Below, piece after piece: positions 19,645 to 28,802 of a DNA stretch of 64,000 bases (position 1 is the first letter of the stretch; each line of letters opens with the position of its first letter). Source of the DNA: an uncultured Bacteroidota bacterium (GTDB lineage Bacteria > Bacteroidota > Bacteroidia > Flavobacteriales_D > Sanyastnellaceae); assembly GCA_903932685.1 (NCBI GenBank), contig CAIZGX010000058.1, forward strand, positions 634 through 64,633, given 5' to 3'. Below the pieces are notes generated by a model. That model made no database searches and was not told the origin of the DNA. It worked only from the letters and a program-made list of their open reading frames with translations. The position numbers and the translations under genes are program-made.

Positions 19645-19752
19645 AAATGTCTGCGACTAATGTGCAAGCACGAATGCCGATGGCTAATGTCTACGACGAA
19701 TGTCTGCGACTAATGTGCAAGCACGAATGCCGTTGGCGAATGTCTTTCAGAC
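19645..19752 (+). repeat. mini-hairpin string, NAAT-linker family (8 hairpins, 53-bp higher-order repeat)
   Basis: The sequence reads GTC-TGC-GAC TAAT GTGC-AA-GCAC GAAT GCC-GAT-GGC TAAT GTC-TAC-GAC GAAT, then the block restarts at 19702 and ends with GTCT-TTC-AGAC at 19742-19752. Confidence 0.8.
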
Positions 19753-19825
19753 TATACGTCTTTTGACGAATAATGCATAACTCATTTGGAAGCTTCAGTG
19801 TGGTATGTATATATTTATTTATTGA

Positions 19826-20488
19826 ATGAAAAACACTTTTCTCTTTATGTCGCTGATGCTTTTTTCCACATTCGGATTTGCGCAGGACACCCTTCAAACA
19901 CCTTTGGAATTCGTTCAGGAAATGCCAACATACCCTGGAGGGCAAGATGCTATGTTTGAAGTGATCTTTGATCACTTAGTCTACCCAGAATATGAGAAAT
20001 CGATGAACATTGAGGGCACCGTTTTAATTCAATTTATTATTGAAAAAGATGGTACACCAACGAACTTCAAGGTTTTTCGTGGTGTTACGGATGGCTCGGG
20101 ATTGGACAGTGCGGCGCTTATGGCATGTAAACAACTGGGGAAGTTTAACCCGGGAAAACAGGACGATATTCCTCAACGAGTTTATTCTGGAATGCCAATA
20201 AAGTTTTCTTTGGCCGACGACGAAGAGCCAACGGAGGAAAGATTGAGTAAAGCAGATTTGAAAGAGATAAAAAAAGATGCGAAATACATCTGCGATATGA
20301 TGTCTCAAATAGAGGAAGCGCGAAGAGCCAACGACCAACTTAAAATTGATAGTTTAACTGCAGAGTTTGACGCAGTAGCAGCAGTCCTTCAAAAGAAATA
20401 CCCTAAAAACAGCGTTAGAGAAGATTATCTCGAAGACCTAGTTAAACCTTGCCTTGAAGAAGCCAGGAAAGCCGCAATGGGGCAGTAG
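19826..20488 (+). CDS. secreted TonB C-terminal domain protein with one C-terminal two-Cys helical module
   Basis: Signal peptide plus a TonB_C-like domain (PTYPGGQDAMFEVIFDHLVYPEYEKSMNIEGTVLIQFIIEKDGT). The C-terminal module is LKEIKKDAKYIC...KKYPKNS...LVKPCLEEA. Confidence 0.7.
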   Translation: MKNTFLFMSLMLFSTFGFAQDTLQTPLEFVQEMPTYPGGQDAMFEVIFDHLVYPEYEKSMNIEGTVLIQFIIEKDGTPTNFKVFRGVTDGSGLDSAALMACKQLGKFNPGKQDDIPQRVYSGMPIKFSLADDEEPTEERLSKADLKEIKKDAKYICDMMSQIEEARRANDQLKIDSLTAEFDAVAAVLQKKYPKNSVREDYLEDLVKPCLEEARKAAMGQ

Positions 20489-20509
20489 TTCTTTTCAAAA
20501 AAAAAACAT

Positions 20510-21457
20510 ATGATTAAAAGGACTTTTCTGTTTGTTGCTTTTGTAGCGATTCAAATGCTTTCCGCTGCGCAGGCCGACACCGCAATGTTTCCGCTTCCAA
20601 AGGATTATCCAAAATATCCAGCAGGAAAAGAAGCCTTGAATGCCTTCATTCAACAAAACATCGTCTACCCCGAATACGAAAAATCAATGGGCATTGAAGG
20701 GACGGTAGTTGTTTACTGCGATGTAGAATTAGATGGTACACTGAGTAATTTTAGAATAGGGTCAACAGTTGAAGGTTCGGTTGGGTTTGATGCCGAGGCC
20801 ATTCGTGTCTGTCAGAAATTAGGCAAGTTTACTCCGTGCATGCGAAACGGTAAGCCACTTTGCTTCATAATTGATATCGATGTGAAATTCGATTTGAATA
20901 ATGGAGACGAGATGGAAATGGCCATAGCGAAATTGAGCAATCAGGAGTTAAAGGAAATTGAGAAAGATGCAAAATGGTTTTGTGATTATTTAGCGAAAAC
21001 TACAGAGCCCCGAAGAGTTGGCGATGAAGATAAATTAGCGAAATTAACGAGCAAGTATCAGAAAGAATTAGATGTTTTAGAAGATAAATACCCAGGGAAA
21101 AGCCCGAAGAGCGTTCAATTTGAAAGATTGACCAAGCCCTGCATGGATGACATGTTCAAAAGAATGGGCATCGTGGATACCGACGGTGATGGTCTCTTTA
21201 CAAAAGAAGAAGCAGAATTGACTGCAAAGGAGCTTAAGCAAATAGAGAAAGATGCGAAGTATTTCTGCTCCTTGTTTAACGAAACAATAAGTGCGAAATT
21301 TAATGGCGATACGAAAAAAGTCGAAAGACTAAAAAAAGACTTAGAAATGAAGACCGCTGCGTTGCAAAAGAAATATCCAAAGGGTAGTAAAGCGGAAAAA
21401 AAGTTTGAAGACCTAGTCTTGCCCTGCCTCAAAGAGGCGATGAATCGCTCAAAATAA
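20510..21457 (+). CDS. secreted TonB C-terminal domain protein with two C-terminal two-Cys helical modules (paralog of the previous gene)
   Basis: Signal peptide plus a TonB_C-like domain (YPKYPAGKEALNAFIQQNIVYPEYEKSMGIEGTVVVYCDVELDGT). The module LKEIEKDAKWFC...KYPGKS...LTKPCMDD occurs twice. Confidence 0.7.
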   Translation: MIKRTFLFVAFVAIQMLSAAQADTAMFPLPKDYPKYPAGKEALNAFIQQNIVYPEYEKSMGIEGTVVVYCDVELDGTLSNFRIGSTVEGSVGFDAEAIRVCQKLGKFTPCMRNGKPLCFIIDIDVKFDLNNGDEMEMAIAKLSNQELKEIEKDAKWFCDYLAKTTEPRRVGDEDKLAKLTSKYQKELDVLEDKYPGKSPKSVQFERLTKPCMDDMFKRMGIVDTDGDGLFTKEEAELTAKELKQIEKDAKYFCSLFNETISAKFNGDTKKVERLKKDLEMKTAALQKKYPKGSKAEKKFEDLVLPCLKEAMNRSK

Positions 21458-21474
21458 ATAAATAATCGCTTTCA

Positions 21475-21596
21475 TTCATCCTTCAAAGAAGGTCATCACG
21501 AAGTGTCATCACAATGTGTTGTGTCATCACGACCTGTCGTGTCATCGGCTACGCCGTCATCCAGCTTCGCTGGTAATCACAACTTGTTGTGTAGTT
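21475..21596 (+). repeat. mini-hairpin string, TCAT-linker (GTCATC core) family, array A
   Basis: Perfect GTCATC at 21492, 21505, 21523, 21541 and 21556. Degenerate copies are TTCATC (21475), GTAATC (21573) and GTAGTT (21591). All 7 intervening words are self-complementary. Confidence 0.85.
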
Positions 21597-23847
21597 ATTC
21601 AATAACTATTTCATCACAAAACAACCAACTCGGTTCGCCTACGGCGTCGTGCCATTCCGGACATGGGCCGTTGTTTACTCCAATGACCTTGATGTATCGG
21701 GCCAATTGAACTTGACCTATACCGTGGCTGAATTGATCAATAAGCTCTCCTGAAGTTTGCTCTTCAATGTTCGGATTTATCGTAGCCACTTTGTCCCATA
21801 AATTTCCGTCGAAGCTCTTGTAAATCTCCACGGCTTTCGGACGGAAGATCCACGCATTCGCGTAATGAAACCAGCGCGTGGTCACATGCTCGAACGGCTT
21901 CACATCGCCCAAGTCAATCACCACTTCCATGTTCTTGCCTTGAACGCCTTGCCAAATACCGTCTCTGAAATTCGCAGTGCCAATTCTTCCATCGACCAAT
22001 GCGTTCTCACCACCACCCGGATAATACACACTCGGCGTATAGGCAAGCGTTACCTTTTTACCTGTCGCCATGTTCGAAGTGTATACGCGTGATTCGTAGA
22101 AAACTCCTGTGCTCCAAGGAAAGTAATATTCAAAGTTTAGCGTGGTGTAGCGTTCACTTACAATGATAGGTTTGGTGTAGGTTTGTCTGGTTTCTTCTTC
22201 GTTTTTTCTGTAGTTAACAATGATTAAACTGTTCGTACTTGTCACTGCTCGAACCTCAACCTCACCAGTAGGCAATACCTGTGAACGGAAATTCAAAGGG
22301 ACGTCTGGAAATCCGTATTTAATGTTCAACTTAACCAAGCGTTCGTAGTTCTTATAAACCCGAGCAGCAAAGGCTTCGTAATCGCGTTTCTTAGGTGCTG
22401 TCCACAAGACTTCACTCAACGCCAACAACCTTGGAAATACTTTGCTATCGACAAGCTCTTGCGGTGCTCTTTCGGTCCACATATTTCCTTCCGCACCGCG
22501 AATGTATTTTCCTTCTTCCGGGCTTAACTCAGCAGGCATTGGATTGAAGCTGTAGACCTTTTCCATGTTAATGTTATCGAGGCCGTAGTCTAAATAACAA
22601 TGCGAGGTCGGACTCATAACCACACCGTGCTTTTGCTTCGCTGCGGCAATTCCTCCTTCCATGCCTCGCCAGCTCTGAATCATAGCGTCTGCAGGAATTC
22701 CTCCTTCCAGAATTTCATCCCATCCAATAATCTGTCTTCCTTTCGTGTTGAGGTACTTCGCCATTTCTTCAATGAGCCACGTCTGCAACTGCGCTTCGTT
22801 TTTCAATCCGTGATCATGAATCCTCTTCTGACATTTATCGCAATGCTCCCAACGGAATTTCGGTGCTTCGTCTCCGCCAATGTGAATGTACTTACTCGGG
22901 AAAAGTGCGCAGACTTCGTCCATCACGTCTTTCAAAAACTGAACAGTGCTGTCGTTCCCTGCGCAATAAATGTCCTTGAACACGCCCCATTCCGTTTCAA
23001 CAGGAATACTCTCTCCTGTGCAGCTGAGCCACGGATAAGCACTAATAGCAGCCACCGAATGACCGGGCATTTCTATTTCCGGAATAATGGTAATGTGCCT
23101 GGCCTGAGCATAGGCAACAATGTCTTTGATTTGCTCTTGCGTGTAATAGCCTTCGCTCACATGATTCCCGAATTTATCCATTCGATAAGAACCAAGACGT
23201 GCAAGCTCTGGATATTTTTTTATTTCAATGCGCCAGCCTTGGTCTTCAGTTAAGTGCCAATGCAAGACATTCATTTTGTAAAACGCCAAAGCGTCTATGT
23301 ACTTCTTCACGGTAGGGACATCCATGAAATGTCTTCCGCAGTCGAGCAGCATTCCGCGATGCGGATAAACTGGCGCATCTGAAATGTCCATGCTTGGAAT
23401 TTCAAATTCAGCGAACGTTTCGTTCGTCTTGAAATACTTCGGTAACAATTGCTTCAAAGTCTGCATGCCCCGTGAAATGCCTTCTTCCGTGGCCGATGTT
23501 AAACGGATTTCATTTTCGCGAACGGTTAAATAGTAGGCTTCGGTATTGGAAGGAATGTTTTTCGTGAGTTGGAAAATGACTTTTTTGGGTTGACGTTTTT
23601 CCTCGCCTTGGTTGGAAACTTCAATAACCAAATCGGGTTCGTTCTCCTTCAGCCACGAATTGAAAAGTTCAACTTCTTGCTGACACATTCCAAGCCCTTC
23701 TGCTTGTGTGCCTGCCGTACATAGAAATCCTTTTCCGTGAACATACGCAATGCTAGTCGGCATTGGAATTAGGGTTTCTACTTGCGCGAACGTTGAAATG
23801 CCTTTCAACATAAATACAACAAGAAGTGATTTGAAAATAGGTTTCAT
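21595..23847 (-). CDS. beta-N-acetylhexosaminidase (GH20) with C-terminal F5/8 type C (discoidin) domain
   Basis: 750 aa with a signal peptide and a GH20 catalytic region (HWHLTEDQGWRIEIKKYPEL, IHIGGDEA). The C-terminal ~150 aa is discoidin-like. Confidence 0.85.
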   Translation of the reverse strand: MKPIFKSLLVVFMLKGISTFAQVETLIPMPTSIAYVHGKGFLCTAGTQAEGLGMCQQEVELFNSWLKENEPDLVIEVSNQGEEKRQPKKVIFQLTKNIPSNTEAYYLTVRENEIRLTSATEEGISRGMQTLKQLLPKYFKTNETFAEFEIPSMDISDAPVYPHRGMLLDCGRHFMDVPTVKKYIDALAFYKMNVLHWHLTEDQGWRIEIKKYPELARLGSYRMDKFGNHVSEGYYTQEQIKDIVAYAQARHITIIPEIEMPGHSVAAISAYPWLSCTGESIPVETEWGVFKDIYCAGNDSTVQFLKDVMDEVCALFPSKYIHIGGDEAPKFRWEHCDKCQKRIHDHGLKNEAQLQTWLIEEMAKYLNTKGRQIIGWDEILEGGIPADAMIQSWRGMEGGIAAAKQKHGVVMSPTSHCYLDYGLDNINMEKVYSFNPMPAELSPEEGKYIRGAEGNMWTERAPQELVDSKVFPRLLALSEVLWTAPKKRDYEAFAARVYKNYERLVKLNIKYGFPDVPLNFRSQVLPTGEVEVRAVTSTNSLIIVNYRKNEEETRQTYTKPIIVSERYTTLNFEYYFPWSTGVFYESRVYTSNMATGKKVTLAYTPSVYYPGGGENALVDGRIGTANFRDGIWQGVQGKNMEVVIDLGDVKPFEHVTTRWFHYANAWIFRPKAVEIYKSFDGNLWDKVATINPNIEEQTSGELIDQFSHGIGQVQLARYIKVIGVNNGPCPEWHDAVGEPSWLFCDEIVIE

Positions 23848-23856
23848 AAAAGAAGT

Positions 23857-24540
23857 TTATCGTTCGAAATATTCATGCGCTGCAACAATTGCTTTCAGCG
23901 CTGCGGTTTCAGTTCTTAATCGGTTTGTCCCCAAGGAAAGGGCAGGAGCATCGTTCGCCAATGCAATTTCATTTTTCGAAAAGTCTCCTTCCGGTCCAAT
24001 GAAAATAGATAGGCTCGCATGCTTTTCTTTCCATGTTGAAAGTTGAATCTTCGGGCCGTCTTCGCAGTGCGCAAGCAATTTCATTCCAGCTGCATTTTTC
24101 CATGCATCTTGAAATTTCACATCGAAATGCAATTCGGGTAATGAATATTGAAGGCTCTGCTTCAAAGCGGAAATGGCCACGCGCTCAATGCGCTCGGGTT
24201 TCATGCGAACACGTTCCGAGTGTTCGCAAACCAAAAAGGTTATGCTTCGAATGCCTATTTCAACGGCCTTTTCAACCAGCCATTCAATGCGATCGGCATT
24301 CTTCGTGGGGGCTACAAAAAGGTGTAAATGGGGATTCGTGTTTTCAATGGTTTTTCTCGAAAGCGTTGTTAACGTGCAATGCTTGTCGACCTTGTCTAGA
24401 GCGGCTTCTATGCGTTCGCCCTTGCCGTTGGTGAAGGTCAATTTCTCCCCTTCATGCAGGCGCAAAACTTTAATGTGACGGCTTTCTTCTTCGTTCAATT
24501 TCCAACTGCCGTCTTGTATTTCAGATGAAAAGAATAACAT
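23857..24540 (-). CDS. rsmE: 16S rRNA (uracil1498-N3)-methyltransferase
   Basis: 227 aa with the RsmE pattern (ESRHIKVLRL...) and a C-terminal SPOUT region (IFIGPEGDFS..E). Confidence 0.85.
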   Translation of the reverse strand: MLFFSSEIQDGSWKLNEEESRHIKVLRLHEGEKLTFTNGKGERIEAALDKVDKHCTLTTLSRKTIENTNPHLHLFVAPTKNADRIEWLVEKAVEIGIRSITFLVCEHSERVRMKPERIERVAISALKQSLQYSLPELHFDVKFQDAWKNAAGMKLLAHCEDGPKIQLSTWKEKHASLSIFIGPEGDFSKNEIALANDAPALSLGTNRLRTETAALKAIVAAHEYFER

Positions 24541-24602
24541 TGGAGCAAGTTAAGAAGGAAGCCGACAGGAATTGCCTAATTTTGCCGAGCAAATTTATTT
24601 CT

Positions 24603-25802
24603 ATGCCAAACATTTCATCGAAAGCGGTGGCTATGCCATCTTCTCCAATTCGCAAGCTGGTACCTTTTTCAGAGGCCGCTAAAGCTGCGGGAAAGACTGT
24701 TTATCACTTGAACATTGGTCAGCCCGACATTGAAACGCCAGAGATTGTGCGTGAGAAAATGAAGGCGCTTGACATTAAGGTTATTGAATACAGCAATTCA
24801 GACGGAATTGGTTCATACAAGAAAGGTTTAACGGGCTATTACGCTTCGAAGGATATTACCCTAACTCCGCAACAACTCATGATCACCACAGGTGGTTCAG
24901 AGGCATTGATTTTCACGTTCATGACGTGCATGAATCCAGGAGACGAAGTAATTATACCAGAACCGTTCTACGCGAACTACAACGGATTCGCGGTAATGGC
25001 CGGAGTGAACGTGGTTCCTGTTACTTCATACATTGAAACTGGATTCGCACTTCCTCCAATTTCTTCTTTTGAAGAAAAAATTACTCCGAATACGAAAGCG
25101 ATTTTGATTTGCAATCCTGGCAATCCAACCGGATATTTATATTCGAAGGAAGAGCTTGAGCAATTGCGCGATTTGGTTATTAAGCACGATTTGTTCTTGA
25201 TTGCAGATGAGGTTTATCGCGAGTTCATGTATGACGGAGCCGTTCCGCATTCAGTTATGAATTTGGAAGGGCTAGACAATCACGCCATCATGATTGACAG
25301 CGTGAGCAAGCGTTACAGCATGTGCGGTGCGCGCATTGGTGCACTCGTTACCCGCAACGCAGAGGTCATGGCCATGGCCATGAAGTTCGCGCAAGCAAGA
25401 CTTTCACCACCAACATTCGGACAGATTGCTTCAGAAGCGGCTTTGGATACTCCGCAAGAATATTTCGATGGAGTAGTTGCAGAGTACGTGAAGCGCAGAG
25501 ATATTTTAGTGAGCGGATTGAACGCCATTCCTGGCGTTATGTGTCCAAATCCAAAGGGTGCATTTTATTGCATTGCTCGTCTTCCAATTGACAACGCAGA
25601 TAAATTCTGCCAATGGATGTTGGAAGATTTTTCACACAACAATCAAACAGTGATGATGGCTCCAGCAACTGGATTCTACGCTACACCAGGGGCTGGAACC
25701 AATGAAGTGCGCTTGGCTTATGTGTTGAATGAAGATGCGCTTCGCAATGCGGTTGAATGTTTGAAAGTGGCTCTTGAGCAGTATCCGGGAAGAACGCACT
25801 AA
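24603..25802 (+). CDS. pyridoxal phosphate-dependent aminotransferase, class I (aspartate aminotransferase-like)
   Basis: SPIRKL near the N-terminus, NPGNPTG, and the PLP-lysine motif SVSKRYSMCGARIG. Start taken at the ATG at 24603, which removes the overlap with rsmE. Confidence 0.85.
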   Translation: MPNISSKAVAMPSSPIRKLVPFSEAAKAAGKTVYHLNIGQPDIETPEIVREKMKALDIKVIEYSNSDGIGSYKKGLTGYYASKDITLTPQQLMITTGGSEALIFTFMTCMNPGDEVIIPEPFYANYNGFAVMAGVNVVPVTSYIETGFALPPISSFEEKITPNTKAILICNPGNPTGYLYSKEELEQLRDLVIKHDLFLIADEVYREFMYDGAVPHSVMNLEGLDNHAIMIDSVSKRYSMCGARIGALVTRNAEVMAMAMKFAQARLSPPTFGQIASEAALDTPQEYFDGVVAEYVKRRDILVSGLNAIPGVMCPNPKGAFYCIARLPIDNADKFCQWMLEDFSHNNQTVMMAPATGFYATPGAGTNEVRLAYVLNEDALRNAVECLKVALEQYPGRTH

Positions 25803-25819
25803 ACAGAAATTGATACCAT

Positions 25820-25851
25820 AAAAAAAGGTGTTCATCTGAACACCTTTTTTG
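25820..25851. terminator. bidirectional rho-independent terminator
   Basis: A-run, then GGTGTTCA (25827-25834), loop TC, TGAACACC (25837-25844), then a T-run. It lies between convergent genes. Confidence 0.65.
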
Positions 25852-25853
25852 TT

Positions 25854-27830
25854 TTAAAGAACTCTGAAAACCGTTCTTCTGTTTTTTGCTTTTCCTTCCG
25901 GAGTGGCATTCGAATCAATCGGTTGGGTTTCGCCGTATCCTTCCGATTCAATGCGCGTTGCGGCAATGCCTTTCGACTCTAAATATGTTTTAACGCTGAG
26001 GGCTCTAGCTTGAGAAAGTTTCAAGTTGGCCGATTCATCGCCGTCGCTATCGGTGTGTCCTTCAATACGAATACGCATGGTTTGATTTTTCACAAGAAGC
26101 TCGATCAACTTGGCTAATTCAATGTGCGATTCAGTTTCTAAATTCGAACTGTTGGTTTTGAAGAAAATGTTTTCAAGCACAATAGATGCACCTGAATCCA
26201 TTTTCTGTAATGGCGCATCTTTGCGATACGGTCTAGATGGAGTGAAATCGCGCAACGAGAAATTTGAAGAATAGAAGAGGTAACTGTTCGCGCTAACATT
26301 CAATGCGTAGTCGTTTCCTGCTGGAAGACAAACCAAGAAGTAACCGTCTCTGCTTTTGTTAGAAAACGTTTCAGCTACGATTTCTCCGTTGCTCAAATTC
26401 AACAATTGTAATTTTCCGTCTAACGGTGCATTCGTTTTGCTGTCGAACACAAACCCTTCCACATAACTCACATAGCGAGGTCTTACGCTTTCAGGTAACT
26501 CGAAAGAGTAAAGATCCAATCCGCCTTTTCCGCCTTCGCGGTTACTTGCCATGAGCGCAATGTCTCCTTGTGCGGTAACTTGAATGGAGTTCTCATTCGC
26601 TGCGGTGTTGATCGGATATCCCAAATTCACAGGCTTACTCCATGATCCGTCTTGTTGCAAGCGACTTACGAAAATGTCTAGTCCGCCCATGCCCGGATGT
26701 CCGTCTGAAGAGAAGTACAGAGTCTGTCCATCTGGATGAACGAACACGCTTTCTTCTCTTCCTTTGGTGTTAATGAATCCGGGAACCTTCGCTGGTTCGC
26801 TCCATTCGCCGGCTTCGTTGATTTGACTGAAGTAAATATTCGGATCTTCCACGGCTCCGCCTTTTCCTTTCTTTCCTCGAATGAAATACAACGTTGCACC
26901 ATCGGCAGTTAAGCTCGGTTGTGTTTCCCAATAACTTGAATTGATTCCAACTCCGAAGTTTTCAGCAGCGGTCCATCCGTTTGCCGTGCGAAGCGAATAA
27001 AACAAATCGCAACTTCCAAGACCGGTGAGGGTTTCGCCGTATTCATATCCAGGAAGTTCGCAGGCGGTGAACACGATTGTTTGTCCGTCGGCGCTTAATG
27101 TTGGCGCCCCTTCGTTGTAGAGTGTGTTGATTGATTTTACGGGAAGAGATGCGTTCCAACCTTCATTGAAGTTTTTCGTTTCCGTTCTTTCACTCATGAA
27201 GAAGTCTTCGTGTTTGCCTTCGAATGCACGCTTGTCGTTTAATAATCGTGTGAACAGAAGTGTCTTCGTGTCGGCTGTGATGCAGGGAAAGTATTCGTCG
27301 TTTTCGGTGTTGATTTTATCTCCGAGGTTAATGGGGTTGAAGGGTACGGGATATTTGATGCTTTGCTTGGAGAAGACACAACTTTCAAGAATGAGCTGCG
27401 CGCGGTAATGCACGTTTGGGTTGGGCTTTGGCATCTTCGTGTATGTGGTTATCGCTTGCTCGGCTTTGTCGTATTCGGCAACACTGAAATAGCATTCGCC
27501 CAACATGTAATAGCCCATGGGGAAAATGGTAGCGTTGATCGAAAGTCCTTTCTCGAGCGGAGCTATTGCTTTCTGCATTTCATTTTTTTCTGCGTAGATC
27601 TGTCCCATGAGAAAATATGCTTCAGCGAATTGATCTTCACTTTGAAGCAAGTCTTCAAGAATAACAAGCGCGAGGCTGGAATTGTATTGTCCGTATGCCG
27701 TAATGGCTTCTTCGTATTTCGAAATGGCGCGCTTGTTTTTAATGCTGTATTCCTTGTGCGGCTGGGCCAAGCATGAATTCAACATAAATAGGAATGTCAA
27801 AGAAACAAGCGAAGTAATAATTCTATTCAT
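25854..27830 (-). CDS. OmpA family protein with N-terminal TPR and TolB-like beta-propeller repeats
   Basis: 658 aa with a signal peptide, TPR-like helices, repeated WD40-like/TolB motifs (PSLTADGATLYF, VHPDGQTLYFSSD) and a C-terminal OmpA domain (IEGHTDSDGD...NRRTVF). Confidence 0.8.
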   Translation of the reverse strand: MNRIITSLVSLTFLFMLNSCLAQPHKEYSIKNKRAISKYEEAITAYGQYNSSLALVILEDLLQSEDQFAEAYFLMGQIYAEKNEMQKAIAPLEKGLSINATIFPMGYYMLGECYFSVAEYDKAEQAITTYTKMPKPNPNVHYRAQLILESCVFSKQSIKYPVPFNPINLGDKINTENDEYFPCITADTKTLLFTRLLNDKRAFEGKHEDFFMSERTETKNFNEGWNASLPVKSINTLYNEGAPTLSADGQTIVFTACELPGYEYGETLTGLGSCDLFYSLRTANGWTAAENFGVGINSSYWETQPSLTADGATLYFIRGKKGKGGAVEDPNIYFSQINEAGEWSEPAKVPGFINTKGREESVFVHPDGQTLYFSSDGHPGMGGLDIFVSRLQQDGSWSKPVNLGYPINTAANENSIQVTAQGDIALMASNREGGKGGLDLYSFELPESVRPRYVSYVEGFVFDSKTNAPLDGKLQLLNLSNGEIVAETFSNKSRDGYFLVCLPAGNDYALNVSANSYLFYSSNFSLRDFTPSRPYRKDAPLQKMDSGASIVLENIFFKTNSSNLETESHIELAKLIELLVKNQTMRIRIEGHTDSDGDESANLKLSQARALSVKTYLESKGIAATRIESEGYGETQPIDSNATPEGKAKNRRTVFRVL

Positions 27831-27914
27831 AATCGTTTTGAGCGTTCTGTTCGTTGTTACGAAATTCTTTGAATTAATGGGTTAACCGCAGTTGGTTCGA
27901 ATTATTTTTGAACA

Positions 27915-28433
27915 ATGCAAATTGTTTTACTTTCCGACACGCACGGTTACTTCGACGACCGATTACAAGAACACTGCCGAAATGCCGATGAGATTTGGCA
28001 TGCGGGAGACATTGGGTCGGAAGAGATCGTGACTCAATTGGAATCGATGGGGAAGGTCACTCGAATTGTCTATGGAAATATCGACGATGCGCGTGTTCGT
28101 TCCATGACGAAAGAAGACTTGATTTTCGAAGTAGATGGGGTGCGTGTTTTTATGACGCACATTGGTGGAAGGCCGCCGTCTTATCCGGCGCGTGTTTCGA
28201 AAATAATTCAAGATGAAAAAATAGATGTGTTCATTTGCGGACACTCGCACATTTGTTTAGCAGGAAAAAATCAGAGACAGGGAAATCTTCACCTCAATCC
28301 TGGAGCCGCTGGTACGCATGGCTTTCACAAGGTGCGCACGCTCATGCGTTTTCAAATTCAAAAAGGAAAAATCACGAATTTGGAAGTGGTGGAATTGGGT
28401 CCACGTGCGGTTCGAATCTCAGACGAGATTTAA
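27915..28433 (+). CDS. metallophosphoesterase (YfcE/MJ0936 family)
   Basis: Motifs LLSDTHG, HAGD and CGHSH. Confidence 0.8.
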   Translation: MQIVLLSDTHGYFDDRLQEHCRNADEIWHAGDIGSEEIVTQLESMGKVTRIVYGNIDDARVRSMTKEDLIFEVDGVRVFMTHIGGRPPSYPARVSKIIQDEKIDVFICGHSHICLAGKNQRQGNLHLNPGAAGTHGFHKVRTLMRFQIQKGKITNLEVVELGPRAVRISDEI

Positions 28434-28720
28434 TTTTTTATTTTGAAGACGTACACGTCTTCGTTCGGCTTCTTCATGAAATATTCTTCACGCGCCAATT
28501 TTTCGAGTTCGAAGTTTTTCGCGTTAATCGCTTGAAGTTGTTCCTTGGCGCGTTGATTTTCTTTTTCAACTTGAACGGCTTGGTCGCGCAGTTTGTGCAA
28601 CTCCCAACGAGATGAGATAATGAAAGGAATGTCGATGTTGTTTATGAAAAGATTGTAAACCACGAACAAGGCTAGGGTGAGTAGGTAGCGATTTTTGAAG
28701 ACGAGCAAGATCTTTTTCAT
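28430..28720 (-). CDS. septum formation initiator family protein (FtsB/DivIC-like)
   Basis: 96 aa with a single N-terminal TM helix followed by a coiled coil (LRDQAVQVEKENQRAKEQLQAI). Confidence 0.6.
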   Translation of the reverse strand: MKKILLVFKNRYLLTLALFVVYNLFINNIDIPFIISSRWELHKLRDQAVQVEKENQRAKEQLQAINAKNFELEKLAREEYFMKKPNEDVYVFKIKN

Positions 28721-28802
28721 GAGTCTAATTTCGTGAATTTGTTGGAATCATTCGCATTCAATTCGGCATGTTTCACACAGGACGGTGTTATTTTAGCGGC
28801 CC

